Notes under the pieces: generated by a model
The model's input: the letters and a program-made list of their open reading frames with translations, nothing else
Told to the model about the DNA's origin: nothing
Database searches by the model: none
In this document: one piece after another, positions 22,781-33,689 of the stretch
How positions within the stretch are numbered: the stretch's first letter is position 1
How the letters are laid out: the number at the start of each line of letters is the position of its first letter
Origin: Lama glama
Lineage: Eukaryota
Reading direction: 5' to 3'
DNA length: 64,000 nt
NCBI GenBank assembly: GCA_028534125.1
Contig: CM052835.1
Location: forward strand, 1,798,001 to 1,862,000
Translations under genes and position numbers: made by a program

Positions 22781-23280
22781 NNNNNNNNNNNNNNNNNNNN
22801 NNNNNNNNNNNNNNNNNNNNNNNNNNNNNNNNNNNNNNNNNNNNNNNNNNNNNNNNNNNNNNNNNNNNNNNNNNNNNNNNNNNNNNNNNNNNNNNNNNNN
22901 NNNNNNNNNNNNNNNNNNNNNNNNNNNNNNNNNNNNNNNNNNNNNNNNNNNNNNNNNNNNNNNNNNNNNNNNNNNNNNNNNNNNNNNNNNNNNNNNNNNN
23001 NNNNNNNNNNNNNNNNNNNNNNNNNNNNNNNNNNNNNNNNNNNNNNNNNNNNNNNNNNNNNNNNNNNNNNNNNNNNNNNNNNNNNNNNNNNNNNNNNNNN
23101 NNNNNNNNNNNNNNNNNNNNNNNNNNNNNNNNNNNNNNNNNNNNNNNNNNNNNNNNNNNNNNNNNNNNNNNNNNNNNNNNNNNNNNNNNNNNNNNNNNNN
23201 NNNNNNNNNNNNNNNNNNNNNNNNNNNNNNNNNNNNNNNNNNNNNNNNNNNNNNNNNNNNNNNNNNNNNNNNNNNNNNNN
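22781..23280. other. Assembly gap of exactly 500 N
   Basis: Counted directly. A round-number gap of unknown true size. Confidence 0.99.
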
Positions 23281-23962
23281 TGAACGGATGGGGGAAGGAG
23301 GGGCGGTGGGGGCGCGGGGCCCTGAGAGATTTTCATTTCAGCGCTCAAGGAATGTGGCCTCACAGGGTTGGGGATTTGGAGAAACACAATAACTGACGCC
23401 GGGGGGTTAGAAATAAGAAAGAAAGACGGACATCTTATCCTCTGTGTGCACAATTCTGACTCAGAAGCCTCAGCCTCATTGTGCCCCAGGAGACAATTTT
23501 TTGTGGGGAGGGAGCAGCCCTCGTAATCAAAGCCGATGGCATCAGAGCTGCAGCAAAAGCACGGGTCAGAGCACAGAAAGCTGTCTGCAACGCGTCCCAG
23601 CGGCAGCTCTCCCGGGCTCCCGGCCCGGCCTGTGGTTTTGCCCTCTTGCACCATCTGTCTCTGCGAGGCCTCCCTGCACCTCTCCCCAGCAACACTTACA
23701 GGCCGTTCGATCTTAGCAGCAGCCACTTTGCTTGGCCACAGATACCTCGATGCTTTCAGAGTCCCGTGAGAAAAGTGGTTGACCTGGGGGTTCCTGGGAT
23801 GACTCGCCCTGGGGTGTGGATAAGCACCGAGGACCAATGAAATCGCAGGGGTTGAGGAGAGCCACGGGGTGGGGGAGGAGAGGGAGGGACGGGAATGGAA
23901 GACAATGCCCACTGGTCCAGAAATACAAAACTTCTGAAAGTATGCATTAATAATGAAATTAA

Positions 23963-24105
23963 AATTTTTTTTAACTTTGGTTTTTAATTTTTTGGGGGGG
24001 GTTGTTTTTGAGAGAGAAGTAATTAAGTTTATTTCTTTATTTTAATAGAGGCAGTGGGGATTGACCCAGGACCTCATGCATGCTAGGCCTGTGCCCAACC
24101 CACCT
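23963..24105 (-). mobile_element. Camelid tRNA-derived SINE (Vic-1-like), partial
   Basis: gtaattaagtttatttctttattttaatagaggcagtggggattgacccaggacctcatgcatgctaggc, preceded by a T-rich tail. Confidence 0.8.
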
Positions 24106-24384
24106 CGAATTTCTGAAATGGCAGCATATCTCCTGGTCTCCGTAGAAAAGGCTGGGAGGGGTGACTTTCCAAACACCATGAACAGGAACGTCTCGGGATC
24201 GCCTGCTGGGGGTGACGCGTCCCGCACCTGCCCATGGGACCTGACGCCAGGCTTGGAGACTGCTGCGAATTTAGCCCTGTGCTCACAGAATTGCCGTCGG
24301 ACTGAGTCCGCAGAGCGTGTCCTCCGTGACTTTGCCTTTGGCAGTTGTTCTGGGCAGAGTCTTGTCCACCCCTCCTCCAAGTTT

Positions 24385-24692
24385 ACACGTCCAAGTCGTA
24401 ACCTCCTGGACCTCAGCATGTGACTGCATTTGGAGGCAGGGTCCTTCAAGAGGTAACTAAGGGGAAGTGGACCCCGAATCCCACGGGACTGGTGTCCTCG
24501 TAAGCACAGGAGCTCAGGACAGGGGGAGACCCTGTGAGGACGCGGGGAGGAGTCGGCGTCTGCAGCTGAGGAGAGAGGCCGCGGGAGACACCGGCCCTAC
24601 CGTGCCGGCACCTCTTGGACTCCAGCCTCCTGGGCACGAAGGCACACAGCCCTCTGTGGCGTTTCTTACAGCAGCCCAGCAAACTCACACAG
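24385..24692 (+). mobile_element. MLT1-type (MaLR) LTR remnant
   Basis: acctcagcatgtgactgcatttggaggcagggtccttcaagaggtaactaag...gactggtgtcctcgtaag...ggactccagcctcc...ttacagcagcccagcaaactcacaca. Confidence 0.85.
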
Positions 24693-26339
24693 CAACATGA
24701 GGTTGTTAAGAGCCCTTGGGGAGAGTTCTGCTTTTGAAAGCCAGTGTATGATTAAGCCCTCTGCCCAAACCTCACACCCTTTCTTTCCCTGAGCCCTAAC
24801 CCCCAAAGACTGAGGAGTATCAAAGAAAAGGGGGTGGAAACCACATACAGGGCCCTGGGGCCCTGCCCTTTGATGTGAGAGGCTTCTGCTTCAGTTTTCC
24901 AGGCCTCCCCTGAGTCTCAAAAGGCTGCTTAACAGTGAATGACTAGGAAGCGAGAAGATGCAGAAACAAAGACTATTTGTTGGGAAGGAAACTGGTAACC
25001 ATTCAGACTATAAACTAGCCACACAGCCGAGTCACCAAACTCCCAGTTCCCTGAAGATACAGACAAGGGTCTGGGCCACAGCCCCAAGGTGTTTTTGCAG
25101 GAAGCAGACCCCCGACCAGAGGAAAACTGCTGGCCACAGACACGTGCAGCCTGGACCACCTGAGGCCAGAAGGCTGGCTGGTGATGCTTGAGACTGGGCC
25201 TCGGTGCCAACCTGAGAACTGTGCCCAAGCTGATCACGCCTGCTGCAGCCCGTCCCCTCCCCTGGCCCTCATAACCCCTTCCCTGGACCCTGCCGGGGAG
25301 TCGGGGTGCCCCTCCCTGCTGGGCATCTGCGGCACACGCCGCCCTTTCCTGCACCGCAACCCGGGTCAGGAGACGGGCTTCCCCGCGCGCGGGCACGGTG
25401 ACGCTTGGATGGGGCTGGGGGGTGACGAGAGGTCATGGGGAATCAAGGGGATTCCTCGCCTCGTGGCTGTTTATACAGGTTGGAAGAGGAGAGAGGGGAC
25501 CTCTTCTGGAGCTTGGCCCCACCTGCTCTCTCTCTCTTTCACCAAATAGGACATTCTTGGCACATCCTTTGTACCCTCAGCTCCTCGTGATGGGCCCAGT
25601 CTGAGTCCCGACCAGGCGTCTTGAAGGCTCCAGGAAGTGGCCTCGACGTCGGTCCAGGGGCCTCTGTGTCTGACGCTCACAGGCTCGGCAAGCTCTTCAG
25701 GGCTGGGGAGGGTGTCGGGTCAGCCGCGTCTGCGCGAGTCCTGGGGTCATCGTGGCCACAGCCTCACTCGCCCAGTTGCCCGCCCAGGACTGGATGAGAG
25801 GACGCAGCTCGCGGTGAGGCCGCCCCCGGGAACCTCCCGCAGGCTCCCCGCCTCCCCTGTGGGGCCTGCCACGCCCTGCCCCCCATCCTGGGCCGTGAAC
25901 GTGGATGCATGGGAGTTCAGGTCTCAGCTCCTTCCTCGGGGACTCAGGCCAGAGGACACCCGTGTCAGCAAGAATGCAATCTTGCTGGTTCAGGATCCCC
26001 TCTGCGTGGCCAAGGCCTGGAACATTCTGGAAAAGAGATGCCCACGCTGAGGGCTCTGGAAGGGCCAACACGAGAGGGGCCGAGTGGGGCAGGCGTCTTG
26101 GAGGAGACGGTGGGGCAGGCAGGACTTTCAAGCAGGGGCCTCGGATCCGTGGGGCTCAGGGTTTCTGGGCAGCACGTTGTCCGGGCAAATGCTGCGGAGG
26201 TGCTGGTGCAGAAACAGCCGAGTTTGGCATCCTCCCGGAACCCCCCCGAGAAACGCTGCCTCAGCCAGGCCACCTCCGTCGTGGTCTCTTCGCCGGCGGG
26301 TTTCAAAGCCACACTTTGCCTATTCCCAGGGGATGTAAA

Positions 26340-27020
26340 TCTGTGACTTTAGAAGAGCACAAAGTAGAAAAGACAGAGCAAATTTAAGGTGAAAAAATAC
26401 AGAAAACACAAACGCAGCTCCTGCCGCCGCTCGCACCCTGCCGAGGGTCCGAGTCCAGACCCAGCTGCACGGGAAAGAGGCGGACGGCTGGCCTGTGAGG
26501 ATAAAGGGAAGAAAGAAATGCTAAGAGAGGAACGAAAGCATCGTTGAAGCAAGCAGGCTTTAAAAATTGAGTCCCTGAAAAGAAGACTCTAAGACACATG
26601 ATAAAAAGGAAGAAGTGTTCGAACAACAAATTAAAATAAGAATCAGCTACGCAAACAGGTCCACAAAAGAAGGAAGTAGCGAAACAGAAAACGGGCCCAG
26701 GGGGCCATCGTGACGGGAACGTCGACCAGGAGGCTGCGGAGAAGGGAAGACGCCCGTGGGGGCTTGAAAAGGAGCTAAGTGGGCAGAAAACAAGCATGAA
26801 CGGAGGCGGGTGAACACGGACAGACCACGGGTCTGCGACTCTCTTCTTTCACAGTCAAAGAGGAAACCCAGCAGACCTGAAGGTTGGGACGGTGGGTGGT
26901 GGGAACGCAGAAGGAGAGCCCTGAAAACCAGCATGAGCCGAGGCCTGGGATCTCCGGAGCAAGGCAGGGTCACGAGGTCGTCAGCGTTTTGCAAACAGAG
27001 TAGACATATCCTCCAAGATT
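26340..27020 (+). mobile_element. Probable very old L1/HAL1-like ORF1 remnant (purine-rich block)
   Basis: Sustained A/G-rich strand bias within GC-rich surroundings. I could read no diagnostic motif, so the family is uncertain. Confidence 0.4.
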
Positions 27021-27442
27021 AGGAAACAGAAACAAACAAATTGGAAGGGGAAAAAAAAAACCCAGAGTCGAAAGCCAGCAAGTGTGGGCCTGTCCCTGAG
27101 CGGGGACGGCAGGGCGGGGGGCCCGGGGCAGGGCTGGACCCCCCTGAACTGGCCTTACCCGGGCCTCTCCTGGCCCTGACACTCGGTGAGCGCCGGTGCT
27201 TGTCGGGGAGGGTCATCTAGAGCAGAGGAACACTTTCCGCCGTGTTGCTCTGTCCTCCGAGTCTGGGAGCGGTGACGGTGACGTCTCCGCGTCAGCCTGG
27301 CCAGGCCGCGGGCTCAGTTACTGGCTCCGGCTCCCGTCTAGGTGTTGCTGGAAAGGTCTTTCTCCACGTGATTGACATCGCCAATCAACCGACGTTAACA
27401 TAAAACAAATGACCCTTCGTAATGCGGGGGGCGGGGGGTGCT

Positions 27443-27625
27443 TCATCCATTCGGTTTGAAGGGCTTCACCGGAGAAGGCTGTCTACCCTGAGGCTGCAGG
27501 ATGGAAACTTGCCTCCGATGCTCATCTGAACGGGCAGCTCCCGCAATCGGACAACCAGCCCCTTCAGATAAATCTCCCTCTCTGCAGGCATGGCCCCGGC
27601 TCCGTTTCCCCAGAGACCCTGGCTG
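27443..27625 (+). mobile_element. MLT2-type (ERVL) LTR remnant
   Basis: catccattcggtttgaagggc...ccagccccttcagataaatctccctctct...ggctccgtttccccagagaccctggct resembles the MLT2 3' half. Confidence 0.65.
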
Positions 27626-30600
27626 CCGCAAGGATTCCTGTCTGCATTTTCTGTGTCAAGGGAGCGAGGCTGACGCGGGTGCTGGTTCCGGGCGCGTGTG
27701 CGGAGGGACCTGGTCCAGCCCCGGTTTGGCCACTTCTTCCCCCTGGATGAGCTGGGAGAGGCCGCGCTCCTGGCTCTCGAGGCATCTGTGAGGATGAGAA
27801 GTCCACGTTCCGGGCCCCACAGACTCACCTGTGTGTTCCCGGTCCCACCCTCTAGCAGCTGCCCCCGGCCACTCTGGGGGATTGAGAGCCACGGCTCCAC
27901 GTGTGTCTTCCGGTCTACGGGACCCTTCGGGGACTTAAGAAGGATCCAGCCGGAGGACGCTTGGGTGGTTCGCCCGTAAGAGGGGGTGAAGCCAGACTCC
28001 CTGGGGGACAGGCAACGGCGAGGGGGCTTCACAGTCCTGGACACGCCCTGCCCCCACTCCCCGGCTCTGCAGAGACGCCCGTGGCATGTGCCACCGCGCA
28101 GAGGGACTCTGGGATGGTGGCGGTGCATCCAGTTGGGCCTTCCCTCACCCTGCCTGGGCAGCAGGCCACTGCGGAGGGAAGAGCTGACCTTGAACAAGGA
28201 CTTCTGAAGACACCTGAGCACCAGGGACGAGCCACCCCCACCGGGAAGCCTGAGAGCCCTGGGCGTGGTCTCCCGCCGTCCCGTGGGAGCCCCAAGGGGG
28301 AGCTGCTGGGTGACACGGATGGTGTTGCTGGAGCGCTTTAGGGTAACGGCGTGAGGCCCGCCCTGGAAGCCCTCCTGGCCCCGGTCGCCGATGCGGGGTG
28401 TGGAATTCAGTTCTTCCCCTCCAGCCTCCCGGGCGTGTGGACTGTCTCTCTGAACCCCCAACGTTGACCAGGGGTCTGTTGATGGATGCAAGAAAGCCAG
28501 CTTCCAAAGGCACTCAGTTTGGGGGCCAGATGGCCAGACTAGGGGCTGGTAGATCCTTCCAAAATTTGGGAGCAAAGCTGGAGCAAACCCAAGCCAGGGG
28601 CCTGGAGAGGCAGCCAGGCACTCTGGGCCAGACAAGCCGCCAAGTGCACGGCCCCAGCTCCTGTGGGAGGGGCATCAGGCACATCAGGTGGAGGAGGAAG
28701 GACGGGGCCCGGCATCTGCCGCTCAACTTTCCGGGCAGGTGAGTGTGTGGTGCAGGAGCGTGGGGGCTGAATTCAAGGCGGAGGCTGCAGGCACACAGGA
28801 GCTGGACGCTGTGTGTTGAGGTTCTCAGGGCAAAGCCTCACGGAGAATCTGGAGGCTGGAATCTGCCACAGCCCTGAGTGCCAAGATGTTTTTTTTTAGA
28901 ATGTTTTAATTTTTAAAAATCTCGTTGTGTGGCTACTAAATCAACATAATTACCACTCAGAAATACTTCTTTCCCTTCCAAGTGACTGTTAAATGAAGGC
29001 CACTCTCTAAGCCAAATAGTTAAGTTGCAAAATATGTGAAAAGCAGGATTTGTTCTGAAACCCAAACCGCAAATTAAAACGATAAGGAAAGAAATGTTAG
29101 AGAAATGTTTGACAAGGATGCTTGTGTCAGCTGTGACTGAGCCAAATAAAGATTTAACTCCTCGATGTTTGCGGCAGAGAGGCCTAATGCTCCCTTGTGT
29201 TCTGTCCTCCATCCTTGCCGGGCACGGGAAGAGCGACCTCGGCTCCTTGACAGGTGCCTGCGATGGCCGCTAGCCAGTCCGGGAGCAGAATTACAGGTGT
29301 TGCCCCTGGGCTGCCGCTGTCAGGGCTATTGGTTGCTGTGACGCCCGCGGCAGCAATGATGCCCGTGGAAACCCCGCGCTGAGGTGGCCGACTGCCTGGG
29401 AGCCACGGCCTGGAAGGTGGCTGCGCAGACCCACAGGACACTTTCATGTGTGTGGCTGGCCAGTTTTGGCTCTGTTAAGTCAAGGAGGTCACGGGCTTAT
29501 TTGTTACCAAGCACAAACCCCCTTGTCCTGACTATCTAGCATTTGTTGAAACGTCAGGGGCGTGTGTAACCATCTTCATAGCTAATTCATTGAAACCCAT
29601 TCTGTTTGCTTTCCTTGCTTTTCACCTCCTCTTTAGGGACTAAGCTCCTCACTAACAAGGCACTCAGGACCCCTGTGTTCTGGCCCCAGCCGAGTTTTCC
29701 TTCCATCACGCCCAGCGCTCCCCAGGCCCAGACGGCCAGGCACCCGCTCCTCCCGTACACATTCTGCTGGTCCGCCTTTGTGAACAGCCCCTGTGGACTT
29801 ACCTTCTGCGCCTCCACACACTCGCTCGTGCTCAGCTGACTGTCAGTACGAATGGGCGCTGCAGTCTTGACAGTGTCTCCTGAAGCAATATTCCACCTTC
29901 GAAGCCATGTTCAAACGCCTGCTCTCCTTTGATGTGGTGGGGTGTGAAATGCCAGCATATCCTTGCAACAGTTTTGGGACACTTTTGGGAAAGGAACTCC
30001 ATCTGGTAGGTGAGATCGGTAAGGTGGCTGAATAATTACAGGCCATGGACCCGTCACGAGGAGGAAGGAAGGCATAAATGAGATTAGACGCGGGGGTCTG
30101 AATGGCGGTAGGATGAAACCCGGGTCATTCAAAGGTGACTTGTTTCATCAGCCTTTTGGCCGGCATCCTGGTGTTTTCAGCCAGAGGAATGGGCTCGGAC
30201 AGGACAGCTGGGGGCCACCAGGGTGGGGCTGGTTTGGAAGGAGGCTGGTGTCAGGAACTGTGTGTTCAGCCAGACAGTGGCCCCTGCAGGCAGACGACTG
30301 CGGGATGGGTGAACACAGGGCCTGAGGTCCAGGGCGGAACATTAGCTCAGCTGGTGAGAAACTCCCGCGATCTTACCCCAGAAAGTCATGGTGAAGGTCA
30401 CTGTTTTATAAATGTCACAACTGCCCACATTTTTTTTTTTAAATGCCCCGGCTTCGGCCCTTCTCCTAGAATCTCACAGCAGCCTTGAGGGCCACTCCTG
30501 CCTACCTTCCACCTGCCCGGCTGCCGGGGCACCTGTGTGCTGTGAGGACCCCCAGGGCCCAGGGGGGCCGTACACGCCTCTCCTACCTGTAACTGTGCCA

Positions 30601-31342
30601 GCCCCTCTCACAGGAAGGTTCTGCTCATTTCTCACTGGCAGATTCTCGCTCCCACTTACCACCAGCCTCGTGGAGTCTGCCCCAGCCCAGCTGCTCCCCC
30701 GTGTGTCCCCTGGAGCACTGACACGGCCCGTGACCGCTGCGCTCTCCAAGTACGTCGGCGTTTATGTGTCTTTTCTAATAAAACTTAGGTCGCATTTATG
30801 CAGACCGTGCTTTGCGGCAGCCACAGCGCTAAGCACTTCGCACGCATGATTTTACACTGGATGTGCTGGACCCCCTGCCTGGCCCCGGACATCCCAAACT
30901 GCCATTCCTGCCCCGAGGTGCGGGATGCGCTCCTGTCTGAAGGGAGGGGCGCTGGCTGTGTCCCTGCGTGGGTACTGAGGTCCCCCAGGATGTAAGCAGA
31001 GCTGGCCCCCAGCCCTCCCGCAGCGCCCGGGGTGACCAGGACAGCTGCCCCCCGCGAGGGGGGGCGGGGACAGCCGGAGGCCGGAGCTTCTAGGCGCTTC
31101 TCTTCCTGCAGGCAGAAAGGCAAGGACATTTCACAACCTGCAGAAAGAAAACAGATTTCTCAGAACTGGTAGTCCAACCGACCTGCGGGAGGGAGGGCCA
31201 CAGTGTGCACGATTGCTTCAGACGCTTTGTTCCTTGGGGTTTGGGTTAAAAATGCAATTTGTTTAATTTAGGGCCTTTTAGGGATTTTCCAAGGTTAAAA
31301 CCATGTAATCTGCTCTTCATTTGTCCCTCTTAAAAGTCGCTT

Positions 31343-31712
31343 CAGTTAGACAGAGAAAGACAAATATCATTTGGAATCTTGAAAAAATAGATACAAATTC
31401 TATTTATTAACCCAGAGCAGACTCACGGGCAGAGAAAACAGACCGTGGTCACCAAGGCGGAAAGGAGGGAGGGATACATCAGGAGTTTGGGATTAACAGA
31501 TACACCTACTATATACAAAACAGATAATCAGCAGCGACCCACTGTTCAGCACAGGGAACTATATTCATTTTCTTGCAATAACACAGAGTGGAAAAGAATC
31601 TGAAAACAAAATACAGATGTATGTCTACATAGAGCTGAGCCACTCTGCTGTCCTCCTGAACCCAACATGGTGAGTCAACTACACTTCTGTGAAAAATTTT
31701 TTTAAAAAAAGT
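31343..31712 (+). mobile_element. LINE-1 3' end (5'-truncated)
   Basis: agacagagaaagacaaatatcat...ggagtttgggattaacagatacacctactatatacaaaacagata...cagcacagggaactatattca..., followed by an A-rich tail. Confidence 0.9.
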
Positions 31713-32644
31713 TATTTAATAAAACCTTAGAGAAGAGACTTGGGAACATAATACAGTGTGGCCCCTTAAGTCGAATATATATTTTCTACACCCCAGGTAG
31801 ATAATTTCCAGGAAAAGCATGGCTGCGATAACCACATGTTTTGTTACCAAGGGTGTTGCCCGTGCTGTTCATGGAAATATCTCCCTCACGGATGGGAATT
31901 ACTGAGCTTGGTCCCCAAAGTGACACTGGGGAACTTCTTCAGCTCTCAACTGACTTTCAGTCCCTGCTTCGCCGACCCCAGCAGTCCTGCCAGCACCACC
32001 GTCGCAGTGGGTGTGGGGTGAGCCGGGCCCGCCCTTCCTCCAGGGTCACAGCTGCCCTTTGCGGCGGGAGGAAAAGGAAGGAAGTTGGAAAGTGTCCCGT
32101 TCCTGGCTTCACTGCAAGCTTCGAACACCTGAAGGGTGCCTGAAGGGCGAGGAGCCTCTTCCACCCCGTCTCCGGGTCCATGGCCACAGTTGGCCGTGGT
32201 CGGAGTTCTCTGTCAGCTTCAGGTTTCCTAGGTACACAGACCGAACCTTCCCTAACCTGACCTCTGTGGGAGACGCTCTTCACTGGAGCTTCCGGAATGG
32301 TCTCCTGGAAATCTTATGTCCAGAAGCCCAGCCAGTTGTCTCCTCTGGACACTACCCTGGCCTCTCCAGCCCCCAGACCACTCCACATACCAGGAGGTGA
32401 CCCCTTTGTGGTCTCTGCACATGGGAACGCCCGCTTCTCTGCTGCTCTGGACGAAAGTCCTGGAGCCAGCTGGAAATTCTCAGCTTCTGTGAGCGCCCCC
32501 TGCAGCTCTAACACGGGTCCACGTAGCCTCCCCAGAGGAGTGCATGGCGGGGCAGACAGCACGCAGGCGGACGTGCCACCTACAGGCTGGGCCTTACAAA
32601 GGAACTCAGTTGTTGATTTTTACTTATTTATTTTTTATTGTTTT

Positions 32645-32735
32645 TAAAAAAATCTTTATTGAAGTGTAGTTGATTTACAATGTTCCTTTCAAGTGGACAT
32701 CAGAACAATTCAGTCATACGTTTACATACATAACA
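32645..32735 (-). mobile_element. Very short L1 3' tail
   Basis: tttattgaagtgtagttgatttacaatgtt...attcagtcatac. Confidence 0.7.
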
Positions 32736-33689
32736 TTTTTTAAATGCCACGTTACTCCACACCTTATGCTCGTTTGATTAAAAATCTAAGTTAAGAAAAT
32801 CACGCATTCGCCTTTAAAAAATACAAGTTAAGTTCCACTTGCAGTGATGGAACTTAGTAACTCACATGAGTTCTTGTGGACAAAATATAAGAAACACTTT
32901 ACCAAAGGTGTTGGGAGGGGGTGGTTAATAACACACCAAGGCAGAAAGGAGGTGAGGAAAGCCAGCCAGAATTAGGGATGACTTTCCCGTAGGTGTCTAT
33001 CAATTCCAGAAGAGCTGGGGAGGGCCCAGGAGCCTGAACCACAGCTGGGCACCCCAGCGTCTGGGCTGCAGGGGTGAGGGCACACTTGAGGGGGTCCAGT
33101 CCTGCCCGAGACAGAACCCCTCCCTGAATCAACCCCTCATTGGAATGGAAGTGTCTGCAGATGGTCAAGGGCACTGGCCACTGGCTGGAAGTACAGGCAG
33201 AGAGGGTCTGGGAAAAAGAATATTAGTGTTATGTAATTTTTCATACATGATGTCATTCATTTGATTGTAAACAGCCAGACAGTTGAGTGTGGAGTGGAAA
33301 TACTGTGATCTGGGAGCAAAAGACAGAGCCTGAAAGAGAACAGAAACAACGGGGTCCTGATGTACTGACTTAGAAAGCACCGTGTTCATACGCCCAAGAA
33401 AACAAAAAGCAAGACTGAGGACAGGACAGTTAAGGGAAGTCCCAAGTGGACATTCTGTAATGTCGCGCATCCACAGAGGAAGGGAAGAGCTCAAGAGACG
33501 GGCTTAGCACCCAGCTAGATGCAGTCTGAGCCAAAAAGGGTGACCAGGCGGAGAAAAGGTATAGACGTCTGGGACACGTGACCAAGGTCTCGCCCGTGGC
33601 CGGCGGCACTCGCACAGCGAGGAGGGAGCGGCGGGGAGACACTGCCTCGAAGGCGGTCTGAAGTCGCAGGGCCCTGCGCTGCGTGTGTC

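Noticed and set aside
22530-23912. ORFs spanning N-runs (also around 52017-52530 and 54424-55182)
   Set aside because: Artefacts of translating N as X.
27466-28635. 389-aa minus-strand ORF
   Set aside because: Low-information G/R/P/S-rich translation, no recognisable domain, and it overlaps an MLT2 remnant. Long frames are expected at this GC content.
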